The notes beneath the pieces are model-generated. The model was not told where the DNA came from and ran no database searches. It was given only the letters and a program-made list of their open reading frames with translations. A DNA stretch of 59,547 nt, the filler included, from Sphacelaria rigidula (taxonomy: Eukaryota): the NCBI GenBank assembly GCA_964200075.2. It is 6 parts of 6 records of this genome, joined end to end, with 100 filler letters (N's around TTAATTAATTAA, not from the genome) between each part and the next. Parts side by side here need not be neighbours in the genome. Positions count along the whole stretch, not along the records: positions 9,944 to 19,785 come from CAXNAA020007650.1; positions 19,886 to 29,727 come from CAXNAA020007651.1; 4 more parts are not named here. One strand, 5' to 3'. Both the position numbers and the translations under genes were made by a program. Below, one piece after another: positions 12,863 through 24,998 of the stretch; positions within the stretch are counted from its first letter, which is position 1, and every line of letters begins with the position of its first letter.

Positions 12863-12977
12863 CGGATGGGCACACGTCGAACTACACGAAGCAGTTCTCG
12901 ATGGAAAGATTGAGATTGTCAAAGCGACACTCCTCCGGTATATGCGGAAGCACCCCAGGAGAATAAACGAGTACGAT
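12863..12977 (+). CDS. Ankyrin-repeat protein exon
   Basis: CAG|..GWAHVELHEAVLDGKIEIVKATLLRYMRKHPRRINEYD|GTAAGT. Fits the ankyrin consensus LHxAxxxGxxEIVxxL...IN. Confidence 0.85.
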
Positions 12978-13317
12978 GTAAGTTCACCACATACACGCAT
13001 ACATGCACAAGCCTCATATGTGATCTTGCGTTAAACGAAGGCGCATTCTCTTTTTTCTCCTTCCCTCCTGGCTGGAGATATGAAACTAGAGTTTCAAGAG
13101 GACAGGGCGTTTATTTTCACTGTGCTAGTCAACGTAACACAACTCCTCGTGTCCGCGTAAAGCCGTGAAACGGAATAGCACACGTTCTCGTTCTTTGCTC
13201 TGCACTGTTACTGCTACTATCTGGTTGTACGGGTACTGACTACCGCTCGTAGAACGCCCGATTGTGCTGTAGTGGGGTACGCATGCGTGTAGACCCCCCC
13301 TCCCCCCCCCAGAAAAA

Positions 13318-13393
13318 GCTTCTCCGTCTCGATAGGGATGCGTGGTCAATGGTCAAATGACCAAGGCAAGCAACAAATGAGTACGCCCCCCCC
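13318..13393. repeat. Short ~70-bp dispersed repeat family beside G/C homopolymers (other copies ~9271-9325, 9362-9435, 9944-10013, 20948-21013, 21055-21102, 26214-26322)
   Basis: Consensus GGTGCTCCGTCTCGAAAGGGATGCGTGGTCAATGGTCAAACGACGAAGGCAAGCAACAAATGAGTACGCCCC, seen about 7 times in both orientations. Confidence 0.88.
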
Positions 13394-14563
13394 AGAAAAA
13401 ACAAGCTTTATACACAGCACCTTCTCGGTCACCGCTCGACTACGTACGGCACATACGTGTACTATTAATCAATATAAGTATATATATATATATCAGAGCA
13501 CTGCAAGTTTTACATCTCACACACAGTAAGTGAAACGATACACGCGTCCGCCAGGTATCGGCATCTACGTGCCGGTTCATTGTCGTTTCTGGGTGGAAAC
13601 GGACTCAGAAGAATCCCCAAAACTCTACACTACGGAAACGGTAGCAGCAGAGCTTAGCCCACTTCGCAGAACGTGTGATGGCATATGTCGAAGCATGTGG
13701 TTTTGCGGGCGGAGACATTTTTATCCTTCCCGACGCGGGTCTGTCGAGAGAAAGTAAAGAGTGTCTACTGTAGTTGTACTTCCAGGCCCTTTTTCTGTTC
13801 GAGGACCGTAACATCTTTCCCGGCGCCGCCTGTGCCCCCCGAGTTTGAACTTTCACCAGGACGGCGGCGGCAAGAATGATGCTGCAGTACTTAGTACAGT
13901 GCAGTGTGTGCATACACTTGAACCATGACATATGCGGCGCGACACAGTTTTACCGTTTTACGCCAAAGTGATGGTCGCCGAACAAAAGCCGAAAATACAC
14001 CGCAAATAGTCAACGCCTGGATCGTGCAGTATGCAAGCTGATTTCAGTGTATCATCCATACATGCATGGCGTGTGGGTACTATCCTACGGAGGGGGGTGA
14101 AGCACCACATGTGCCGGTCGAGGGTTCACCCCCTTTTCCACGCATAGACGTACGCATTTACACCACGAACCGAACACACCGCGTATAACGGGATAGACAA
14201 CACTTGCAGCTTCACCTAGTCATTACAATATATTGCTGTAGTCCACTACCAGACAGTAGTTGGATGCTGCTTGCCGTTAAATCGCGTATGCATACGATAC
14301 CGCATATGATACCCCTGCGTGTGCATGAGCGCAGGGCCGCTACACCTACCGCAGATACAAAACGAGCAGCGAGAAAGTGCTTCTCCTGTCTTCGCTACCA
14401 CCGAACATACCGAGAGACGCACGTGTGCAAACCCCGTTCGAGTCAAACGGCGTCTGAAAATCGACACAAACATGGAGTCACATGTCGTGCAAAAGAACAT
14501 AACCACAAGCGCACGCTTGCGTCCGCACTCCATGCTTTGAAAATACAAACATCAACTGAGCAG

Positions 14564-14671
14564 GAAGAGGGAAGGACCGCGCTATCGCTTGCGCTCATGG
14601 AGGACCGAGAAGATATCGCGGACTTGATCATATCCGTGGAAGAGACGGACGTCAACAAAGTCGACGTATCG
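14564..14671 (+). CDS. Ankyrin-repeat protein exon (3' part of gene not found in window)
   Basis: CAG|EEGRTALSLALMEDREDIADLIISVEETDVNKVDVS|GTGAGT. GxTAL...DVN ankyrin motif, phase 0/0. Confidence 0.88.
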
Positions 14672-16102
14672 GTGAGTTCGGAGTCAGCGCTATTCCTTTG
14701 GACTGCGAAAGTATTCCGTTTCCGATCCACGTCACGCCGATACCAAACGTTTCGTGGGTTGGATCTACTGTAAGAACGATTCTGCAAGCAAGGGTCCGGA
14801 GAAACTCCACAACCAAAGGGATGCGTAAGGTCTTGCACAGTCAGCAGGCAGACTTGTTCCATTGAAAGGGTTGTCCGCAATTTCAAAGCGAGTATCGACA
14901 GCGAGCGAGAGTCGGCATATACCTCAACATCAGGGTGATCAGGTAGGGTGACCCGCGTGGGGCGCCACATCCCAGTTTTCACCTACACGCCGATACCACA
15001 CACTAGCTGCCACTGGTACCCAGTCTGCTCTTGAGTGGTGCCACCGGCTTGCTCTGAATCATCATCATGTAGATTTTACTACTATATGTAAGTATAAGTT
15101 GATTCCACCTTATCCAAAGCGGACTAGCTACTGTGTTCTCGAAGCGTTCTTGCCGCTGTGCGTTCAACTCTCTATGGGGTGATACATACTGAATCGTCCC
15201 ATTTCCTGCAGTGGTGTGTCTGATATGTGCACTGTGCCTAACGCCGCACGCTATGCCTGAGGTAAGCACATGAGTCTGCGCACTTGGGAATCATGAGCAC
15301 CAATCGCTGTTCACATCCTGTCCGCGGTACATGTTAACGTGGCACTTCTTTATGCTAGTGTGAATCGCTCTCTATTGTGCTGATTCGCTGGTCCGAAAGG
15401 AAGCTACGATGTGCCACCACCGCCGCCAGCGACACCACGAGCAGACAAGTCGTCGGCGAGCAAAAAAGTCAAAATGTAGCGTATGATCCCCTCAAGACAA
15501 GACCCATTTTTTTCCGTTCTCCACTTCTGTAGTTCTTATCGAAGGGGAGTGACACCGTGTGTTCATGAATCATATATGTGACAGGCGTCCGTGAAATCCA
15601 ACACTACGCTATCCTATTATAATAGCTTGGGTCGAACAAGACTTGAAAAGATTATCGGTCGTAGTGTAAGGCGTATGCAAGGTAGTACAATCGCTACGGT
15701 TTGCGCCGTGCAAGCATAGTTAAGTGGGTACCGTGCAAATTAGAGTATGCCTGTAATCGAACATGACCTGATGTACTTCCGGGCGATCCAACGTAGCCGT
15801 ATTTCCATCCTCTTCTCCAACACGATAAGGGGCATAGAGGAGAGGGGTGAAAAAAAGCAAGGGGTTCAGACGCAAACCGTCCGGGGCTTCCACCCCTCGC
15901 CCGGTCCCATCTATCCTTTCTCTACGGTCACGTCATGTCTTTTTCTCGTGCCTTTTTCGCCATGTCGTCATCCTCCCCCCCGCCCCACCCACCCCTCCTC
16001 AGGACTAGTTCGTAATCTCAAGATATGCAAGACATTTTCCTCCTCTCGCACGTGCCGAGCGATCAATTGCAAAACGTTGGATCAGCAGTAGAATTACTCA
16101 TA

Positions 16103-16178
16103 GCTGTCGGGATTAAAACCCACTACTTGTACTCCGCTCAAACTGATCGATAATGTACCAGCTTGACCATCGGGACGC
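16103..16178 (-). repeat. Degenerate tRNA-derived SINE-like head
   Basis: Minus strand GTCCCGATGGTCAAGCTGGTA (A-box-like) ... GTGGGTTTTAATCCC (B-box-like). Confidence 0.4.
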
Positions 16179-16658
16179 GGCGGCTGTTACGCGTGCAGAC
16201 GGAATCGCGTACTGGACTGTGTAGGTGCACCCTCCGAGGAACGTTCCCCAGCAGCACGTTTATAAATACACGTTTCTCAAACAAGACAGAGCATGCGAAG
16301 TTGGGATCTGATGTAAAAAGATACGAGTGAGTACATGCACCCCCTCACTTTCAGATACCAACCTCACGAAAATGTTGGCTCACCCACAGTTGCCTTTGAA
16401 TCATTGCTTAGTGTTGTTTCACTTGTTCAAGCATACAGCTGCACCCATCGCCGTCCCCGCTTAATCCATTACTTTGGTTGGATCATGCATCAAATACTCC
16501 CCCCCCCCCCCTCCCCCGCCCCCCTCGCATGATCACGCGTGCACCCACCACCCGCAATGCTGGCTTTTCATACGGTATATTTCACTGCTATCATGAATCA
16601 CCCCAATCAATATCGAGAGCTGTTGTCCGCTGTGGCGAAAAACGTGTCCAGAGCGATT

Positions 16659-17317
16659 TCATCCGCATGATTAACCCAGATAAACATCCCATATCCCAAA
16701 TTTGACATCCACGGTTTATGTCGCAGATGAACATCCTGGATGGAGATCCTGGATGGAGATCCATACCAGATGCATGCTTGTATTTGTCCCAGATAGATAT
16801 TCCCAGTAGATATCCCCCGTGAACGTCCCAGGTGAACATTCCAGGTGGACATCCCACACGGATCCGACACCTCAGGTTGACGTCCAAGATGGATATCCTA
16901 GATAGATATTTATACTCCAGATGAATGTTCAACGGCGATATCCCAGGAGGATATCCCAGATGAAGGTTGCACGATAATATAAGGCACCCGATATCGGGGG
17001 GCTTGTATGAACGTGCAACTTCCACCATGAATATGGATATTCATCTGCAGTACCCATGATGAACTTGGTATCCATCATAGATGTCTACCACCATCTTGGA
17101 TATCCGTGATGAATGCGCATCCATCATCGAGGTGGATATCCAAGGTGGACAATGCCCTAGCTTCAACCCTAATCCTAACCCTGTGGATGTCCATCTGGGT
17201 GGGACGTAGCCCTAGCGCAAATCCCAACTCCAGCTCTAACCGTAACCTTGACCGTAAAGCATAAGCGAAACGCGAAGATAAATATCCACGATGGGCATCC
17301 CTATCTATCATGGATGA
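16659..17317. repeat. Degenerate GGATATCC/CATCC-rich micro-repeat block with telomere-like CCCTAA variants
   Basis: Many GATATCC/GGACATCC/GGATGTCC motifs. CCCTAATCCTAACCCT at ~17167-17182. Ends are weakly inverted (TCATCC..CATGAT / ATCATGGATGA). Confidence 0.7.
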
Positions 17318-17330
17318 GTGATGCCGCGAG

Positions 17331-19785
17331 TTGTACAACTGGAGAATCAATAAACTAGATATGGAAGGAAAACAGCGACAGTTCCAAGAAAAGATGGTCA
17401 AAAATGCAGTGAAACTTTCCGAGCTGCTGGAACGCGTAGGTACCATTGATACCGAAATGGAAAGAAATCGGGCAGAAGCAAGGAACGTAGAGAGTAAAGT
17501 CACAGGAAAAAAACTGATCGTATACATTAGAGCAGTAAGATGGTGGGATGAGAAAATAAAAGAGGCTGTAAGAGAAGGGAGAGAGGCCCACGCGAGATGC
17601 ACATCGAGTAAAACTACGGCAGGATGGGAGGAGTATACTAAAGCTCGAAAGGAAATGAAGTATATGGAACAGCAGAAAATAGGGAGTATGGGAAGCAGTA
17701 GGGAAAAAAACAAATGAAGATTTCGATGGCGGGATGAAACAAATGGGGTTAGGGATAAAAGGGATAAGGGGAAACCAGGTAGGAAAGATGGACAAGGGGG
17801 TAGCCACACTCCGAGCACAGAAGGGTTAAATGGTCAGTAGCTCGAAGGGGAAGAGACAACTGCTACTGTAGTCTAGCACTACCGCAAACTAGGAACACCA
17901 AAAAAACCCACGGAGTTCGACATGGAACTCGAAAAATGAATCAAGGCGTGGGCATAGGCAAACGTAGAGACGTTGAAACGTGAGGATAGTGGATCGAAAG
18001 AATTGCAGCGAGAGTCTACTAGAGATGAAGTAGAGGAGTGCGTAGCTAACCTCAAGAACAGAAAGTCGGCAGGGGTAGACGTATTAGTGAATGAATTTCT
18101 AAAGAACGGGGGAGAGGGGATGGTTACCACGATAAATATGCTATCTAACTGGATATGGGAAAGCGAGTACACAGCCAAGAGGTGGAGAGAAGGAGTTGTC
18201 GTCAACCTTTTAAAAAAAGGAGACAAGGCTGACCCAGGGAATCATAGAGGGGTACCGCTACTGAGCACAGTAGGGGAAATATTCTGTAAGATTCTGAATG
18301 ATAGATTAGAAACGATGCTAGAAAAGGTAGAGAAAGTCAGCGAGGCACAAGCAGGTTTCGGACCAAACCGTAGTTGCGTAGACCACGTGTGCACACTAGG
18401 TGAGATTATTCAGGGTAGAGAAGACACCGGGCTGACAACGAACTGTTTCTTTCTGGACGTGCAAAAGGCTTATAACACAGTATGGAGAAATGGGTTGTGG
18501 AAGAAGTTGTGTGAAACTGGGATCAGAGGAAAGACGTGGAGAACCGTGAACACGACAGAATGTGCCAAAAGTGCCATGATGCTAGACAGGGAAATATCGA
18601 AATACTTCGATATTTTACAAGGAGTTGCACAAGGGTGTACGTTATCACCCACTCTGTTTAAGGTATTTATCAATGACCTGAAATTGGCAATAGAAGCAGC
18701 AAAGCAAGGAGTCAAGGTGGGTGTAGATATGGTATCCGGTTTAAACTTCGCGGATAATATTGTGGGGATTTCAGGAACAGCAGGAGGATTACAGAAAGAT
18801 GTAGACAAGGTGCTAGAATACATTAGGAAACGGAGAGTGACAGCGAACGTCAATAAATACGCGGTACTTGTCTGTAATGCAGACAAGAAAAATCCGGTAG
18901 AGTTTAAATAGAAGTGGGGAGAAGAGGAACTGCTGATCGTAGACCAGTACACATACCTTGGCGTTGAGATTTCAAAAACCTGTTCTTGGGATGCACACGT
19001 AGACAAAGTAATAGAAAAGGGTAAGGCACAGATAGGCAGGATGGACGTGATCCTCAGAGACTCGCACCTAGATACTAAAATCAAACGATGTATACTGATG
19101 AACGTGATTGTACCAAAGCTGGAATATGCAGGAGAAGTATGGGAAGGGAACGGGAAGTTGTTGAAGGAGTTGGAAAAAGTACAGATGGCAGCAGCTAAGA
19201 AAATATTTGGATGCTCGAAAACGACGAGTTATACAGCATTGAGAGCAGAGTTGGGAATGTACTCACTTAAAACTAACAGAGACAAGAGGAAATAATGGAG
19301 GTGGCAATATAGCGCCAAGAACATGCGGAGAAAGAAATTACCAGCTATAGTTGATAAGGCTGTATGGAAGAAAATTACGAAAGGGTCGGCTGGAATAAGG
19401 TGGGATAAAGAAGTCGAGAAGGTATAAAGAAGTCGAGAAGGTGTGAAAGGAGATAGTAGGACACCAAGACCAAATACTGCCCATAGGTGAAGGCGCGGGG
19501 TACAAGACAAAAGTAAGAGATATGATCGAAATAAGGGACAAAGGAGCGCTCAGACGCAAAGTAGACGACGAAGAACACCTGGAGATATACGGTGGGCTGA
19601 GAGAGGGGATAGGGACAAGAACATATTTGCATGGCCCAATCGATGCTGCGAAAAATATGAAATTGCCATTTGGGTGGGGGACCTGGACCTGCCAGAAAGA
19701 AGAAAGAGATATACCAGTAGTCGAGAGGAGGAGGAAGTAGATGCACAGAATTGCCCTTGTGGCAAAGCAACAGAGCGCAGAAGTC
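17331..19785 (+). mobile_element. 5'-truncated, degenerate non-LTR retrotransposon (LINE), reverse transcriptase region
   Basis: RT motifs KSAGVD, KKGD...NHRGVPLLS, QAGF, FFLDVQKAYNTV, GVAQGCTLSPTLF, FADN (mutated YADD), YTYLGV. In-frame stop at 18909 and frameshifts. Runs into the gap. Confidence 0.93.
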
Positions 19786-19885
19786 NNNNNNNNNNNNNNN
19801 NNNNNNNNNNNNNNNNNNNNNNNNNNNNNTTAATTAATTAANNNNNNNNNNNNNNNNNNNNNNNNNNNNNNNNNNNNNNNNNNNN
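19786..19885. other. Scaffold gap with synthetic TTAATTAATTAA linker (same at 9844-9943, 29728-29827, 39669-39768, 49609-49708)
   Basis: Identical 100-bp N/linker/N structure five times. The linker places stops in all six frames. Confidence 0.95.
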
Positions 19886-20480
19886 TTCTTTGTTTCGTTT
19901 TTTTTTGTTGGTGTTTTTGCGGTGCGTGCCTGGTTGGTGGGGGGGGGGGGGGGGGGGGGGGGGATGAGGGGAAAGAGCGAAGCACGAGAGACTTTTGTCA
20001 TGGATTCAGTCATGAACCCAAACCCGGAATCCATCGGTTGACACTTCCCCCCCTAAAAACGTAAATGCAGTTGTACTTTTGTTCCTGAAAAGTGTCTCAT
20101 GCCCGTTGTTGAAAATGTCAGCACGTGAGTAGCGAGCAGAGTGTGCGTGACGAGACCCGACGCGTTTACCGAGGGACAGATTGTGTTGATCCCTTGATAA
20201 GATCGCGGACTCGTCTCTAGGAAGGGGGGGGATTGAACGTGTGGCAAAAATAACTTATATATATATATATATATATACCGGGCCAGGCTGATACATATAG
20301 GGATCGATATCCACAGAGGGGGAGTTCCAAGGACGCCAAATCCCCCACCGTTGCCATAGCTGGTGTCTCTCCCAGACAAGAGGCGTTGAAAGACACCCTG
20401 CGTGTACGGAGGTTGAACGTCCATCAACTCCTGAGGGTTGAACATAGTTTGAATGCACCAATACACAAACTGAACCGCAC

Positions 20481-20891
20481 CTGTCGCCGGAGGCGATCGG
20501 GCATGCACACATCGTCCGCGTCCATTCTCGCAACCAGCTCGCTGCGCGCCTCTTGCAACCCCTCGTTGAGACTGAGCGCTAGCCCCTGAGGTCGATCGTG
20601 TCGGATGACACGGATGCTGCAACACGGGCCTCTTGTGAAGTCGGCAGCAGCCGCGGCATTAGCAATAGTCGTGGAGGTGGTGGAGGTAGTGGTAGTAGTG
20701 GAGGTGGTGGTTGTGGTAGAGGACGTTGCCTGGGAAAATGTGGCGGTGGTGGTGGTGGTGGTAGTGGTGGTGGAGTTGGCGGGAGGGGGGGGGGGGTCGA
20801 TGGTGACAATGGTGGTGCGAGAAGCTGCGGCGGCAGCACGGACAGCTGACACCGCGGAAGACATCGAAGGCCCCAAGTCTGATGTGGGCAG
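20481..20891 (-). CDS. pgtA: PgtA-like bifunctional glycosyltransferase, exon 5 (GT2 domain with DADD motif, Thr-rich insert)
   Basis: TAG acceptor at 20892-20894, phase 0. ...IRVIRHDRPQGLALSLNEGLQEARSELVARMDADDVCMPDRLRRQ|GTGCGG. The GT2 call is firm; the gene symbol is inferred. Confidence 0.8.
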
Positions 20892-22023
20892 CTAAGTGTC
20901 AGGAGGAAAGGCGCAAGAGGGGGGAGGGGGGGGGAGGGGGGGGGAATCACTCATTTGTTGCTTGCCTTCGTCGTTTGACGATTGATAACGCATCCCTTTC
21001 GAGACAGAGCACCAGGGAAGGGGGGGCTGTAATCATGATCACGCATGCCGTAGTCATCTGACCATTGACCTCGCATCCCTACAAAGCCGGGACGGAGCAC
21101 ACCGGGTTTTCGCCGGACCAGGCTCGCAATCAATTATCAAGCGCCAAACGCCGTGAAGCGTTCGGCGAGCGACATGAAGGGTGAGCTGCATACTGCTATG
21201 AATGTTCGGCCCGAGGCGTACTCATTATCTTGCATGCGGATCATAGCCTAAAATTGGTTTCTTCATTTTCTGGTTTCGCCGCTTCCAGAGACAGGCACGA
21301 GTTACACTGGGTCATGGGTGTCTCAACATTCAAGCACTACGTACTGCGATCATCTCTCTTTGTGCAAAACTAAGCTTTTGCGCCCCGCACAATATCATCG
21401 AACTCGTCCACTATCATGGTTACCGCGAAAAAACGCGAGCGAGAAAAAAAAACGGTAACCTGGTTGCCTAGCTTACGCAGTGAGTGGCGCGTTTTACAGC
21501 GTTGTTGCCAACCGACCCCAACCATTACAAGGGAGGGGGGGGGGGGGGGGGGGAACAGAGAGGGGAAAGGGGGAAGGTGTCNNNNNNNNNNGTCACGGTG
21601 GGGGCTTGTCCTGCGGGGGTGGGGGGCGTTTTGATGGGTTTTTTCCCACCGCCCCCAGGTCGTCGGGGGGGGGGGGGGGGGGGGGGGGCGGAAGCATTAG
21701 AGTGAAATGGAGAAGGTTCCTGTACCGATTGGGTGCGAAGCTCGGGAAGCGAATAGAAAGCCGTCTTGTGGGGCCGAGAAACAACGTCAACGAACAAGTG
21801 CAGATGAAGAAAACAAAGCATACACACACGCGCGCGCGCGCGCACGCGAGATATTGCATACTCTCAAAGCCACCAAGAGGTTGTCGGAATACGACTACCT
21901 GATTTCCCTCCGCTTAAACTTGGAAATAGATGCATATATGAAATGTGTTTCGTAACAATATGGCCCAAGCGGCAGTCAAGTGATTAGCGCCCCTCATTGG
22001 TACCCAACTAATCAGAACATGTA

Positions 22024-22657
22024 CCGTAGGTTGCAAAATATACCACACCCGTGTGATAACGTTTCGGGCGTAAAATAATCATCACACGGGTGTAACATTG
22101 TGTATGGCGTGTGATATCTTCTGTCACGAGTGTGATAAAGTGCGCACCCATAGGACCCCACATGCAGGGGTGTGATAATAATGGGGTGTGATCACGTCGT
22201 CCGTGTGATTATGGGCGCTACGAGGATATCCCCAAAGGGGGTGTTATGATAATGACGTGTGATGGACAAACTTTGCCCCACAGCGAGTTGAAAAAACGAC
22301 TCTGTGGACGGTGGAGACGCCCTTGGAGTCTGACGCACTACAGTCTGGGGCGCGGAGCTTTCTGCAGGGGCGCGTCCTGCATCATTTTCCTTGATATTGT
22401 CGGTCTCCACAGCTGTGGCACGCAGGTTTCCTGCGCTTTTGTCCGTTATCACGCGTTATATCATACCCGCATGATAAGCCGGGGCTCCGTGGATGATATA
22501 CGACTCAACCCAGGGGATGTGACAGCTTATGTCACCGTGTGATAAATTGGAGCTTTGGTTTGATATCAAACAAAATAGCACACGGGTGTGGTATTGTGGG
22601 AATTCTTGAAGGGGGTGTGGTATCTTATAAAAGCGTGGCATCTCATGCAACCTACGG
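22024..22657. mobile_element. Intronic MITE, Tc1/mariner-type ends
   Basis: 12-bp TIR CCGTAGGTTGCA...TGCAACCTACGG flanked by TA on both sides. Internal repeated CACGGGTGTGATA-like motif. Confidence 0.85.
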
Positions 22658-23120
22658 TAATTTAGGCTCTCATGGCCCTAGCAGACTGGATTTGGGATCG
22701 TAGCTGAAGTCGCTTAGACATGTATCCATCTACCTCTATAATGATTCCTTCATCACTACCTGGCTCCAACGGCTACACACGCTTCGAAGCAGTTCGCTGA
22801 GGTCACACGTAATACTTCGCACAAAGCGTCCATCACCGATATCCTGCGTCGCTTGCCCCGCACAAAATCAGGCAATTTTTCACTATATCCAGGAAGCAAG
22901 TGATTCATTGATTCCACAGCACACCCAAGTCATGACTGGAAACTCCTCACCAACCCTCCCGCCGGACTCGACACACCCCAGGGGTGGGAGGGGAGGGGCT
23001 CCTTGATGATATTCCACATCACTCCTTCCCGATCATCCCAAATCCGCCAAGACATTCGATTAAAAAAAACTATGAACATCACAAAAGCGGCGGCGATCCT
23101 CGACGTCTATCGTTTCTCAC

Positions 23121-24252
23121 CGGATCTCCCACTACCGCAGCGACAGCAACGTCCACAGCACCATCATCCGAGCCGTCGTCAATTACCAAAAGCTCCACAA
23201 CCCCGCCAAAATCCCGCTCGCTTCGGGAGGCGCAATCAATCACGCTTGCCACGGCATCCAACAAATTGGCGCCCCCGTTCTTCACAGGAAGAAGGACAGT
23301 CACGAGTGGATGGGGCGGCCATCCGGCGGGGGTGGCGGTGGAATCGACAACTTGGTGGGTTATGTCGGGCTTCGTTTTGGAGCTTGCCTGCGCTGCCGCT
23401 TCCCCTGCACCGTCTTGACGACCATACACATTGTCGTCGGGCACATACTGTGGATCAGTGTGATCTTTGGCGGCAGTCCCTGCTACAGTGTCTGCACTAT
23501 GCCAACCCGCTCGGTGGTATTTTCCCGTCAGTTTGACCCTCCTGGTACTGCTACCTCCAATACCGTCGCCGTCTACATTGCTCACGGAAGCATTACCACC
23601 AGCCATACCGTCTATCGCATCCCCTGCGACACCGTCGAAAGCTAGCTCCCCCACATGAACAGAATTGAAGGCTCGATTGCGGTACAAACTAGCATCCAAG
23701 CCAACCCGTCCCTGTCCCTCACCCTCCTCCGTAACTTCTCGACCCACGTGTCCACATCGCCGGTGCACCCCTCTCGCCTTCGCGTCTACCAAACTGCCTT
23801 CACAGCCACCCGCCCCTGCTAGATCCCTGGCCGTCCCTACTGTCCTTCTGCTGTCTCTGAAAACACCACCCGACCATAGTCTCAGGTTTAAATCTTTCAC
23901 TCCGCCGCCCTTCGTCGCGTAAACGGGGGTCGAGTAGGTGGATTGCACCCGGTTTACCGCAAGGTTTGATACCACCGCCCGTCCCGCGCATGCACACCGA
24001 GGGGCTTTAAGGGCGGCGGCGTATGATGAAGAGGCAGTGTCAGCGGTGATGATGTCGACCGATGATGACGATCCCTCGTTTCCGGGTGGCGAGTTTGTTA
24101 TGGGCTCAGCTTGTCCGGCTGGTGCTGATTGTCGACTCCGTGACCGGAGCAGGCGATCGCCGTTGAACTCCACCAGATTCGGGTTTCCGATTCCAGTAGT
24201 CTTGCCGTCGGATTCGATTAGTTCCTGCAGGAGTGCCTGTACGTCCTCACGT
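23121..24252 (-). CDS. pgtA: PgtA-like glycosyltransferase, exon 4 (end of domain 1, long linker, start of GT2 domain)
   Basis: REDVQALL...GNPNLVE...LAVNRVQSTY, then PLVTVLLPVKNG...VELLVIDDGSDDG...GDP|GTGAGA. Splice phases are consistent. Confidence 0.85.
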
Positions 24253-24439
24253 CTGCGTTTGTTCATCATGTTTCGGTCAGTAAAAATGGGGAAAAGCAAA
24301 ACTTTTAGGCGCCTGACTACTGTTGTTGCCTTGCTATCGCGTCGGTGAGGAAAGCGACGTGTGAATATGGAGCGATACTGTATGTTGGCTGTCACACACA
24401 ATTCCCAAACATTTTTCGGATATCATCTTTTGCAAAGAC

Positions 24440-24728
24440 CTGTATAGCCCGCCAGTCAGGTCCCAAGGGTAGTTCCATTCGCCCGATCCTTCCGCGCGGA
24501 CAAATGTAAGTAAACCGAAATCTGCCACCTCTCGCACGACCAAGTCCTCTGCTCCTACCATTCCTACACCGGCGCTACGGTGACCGCCGCCGCCGCCTCC
24601 ATTATTCCTGCCTAATGCCATAGTTTGGGTTGTGTGCCGAAAAGGGGGCACCCGGCACGGAGATCCCGCTGTGTGGGACCACGTGATACCTGGATGTAGT
24701 CGCAGATGGACACAATACACTGACGGGT
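24440..24728 (-). CDS. pgtA: PgtA-like glycosyltransferase, exon 3
   Basis: CAG|(D)PSVYCVHLRLHPGITWSH...GEWNYPWDLTGGLY AG|GT. Phases 1 and 2 match the flanking exons. Confidence 0.82.
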
Positions 24729-24998
24729 CTGGTCGTGAACACCATCAAGATAGGTATGCAGGAAGGTCGGGGAAGCGAGAGGGCAGCGTGCAGCGAGACA
24801 TCGAAAAAAAGGGGTGAAGAGGGAGAGGGGAAGGAGGAAGAAGGAAAATGTGAACACTGGATGCCTGAAGAATGTGCTTTGCGTGTGACACGTGTTAGGT
24901 TTTGCTTTATTCAAGTTCAGAGTGGTGCAGTGATATCGACGGCGCATGCCGTGGTCGGCCTTCTCTTTGGACGCTTCCCCCTTGAAGCCTGCGCGTAC

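Noticed and set aside
18470-19084. 204-aa minus-strand ORF
   Set aside because: Antisense of the LINE reverse transcriptase.
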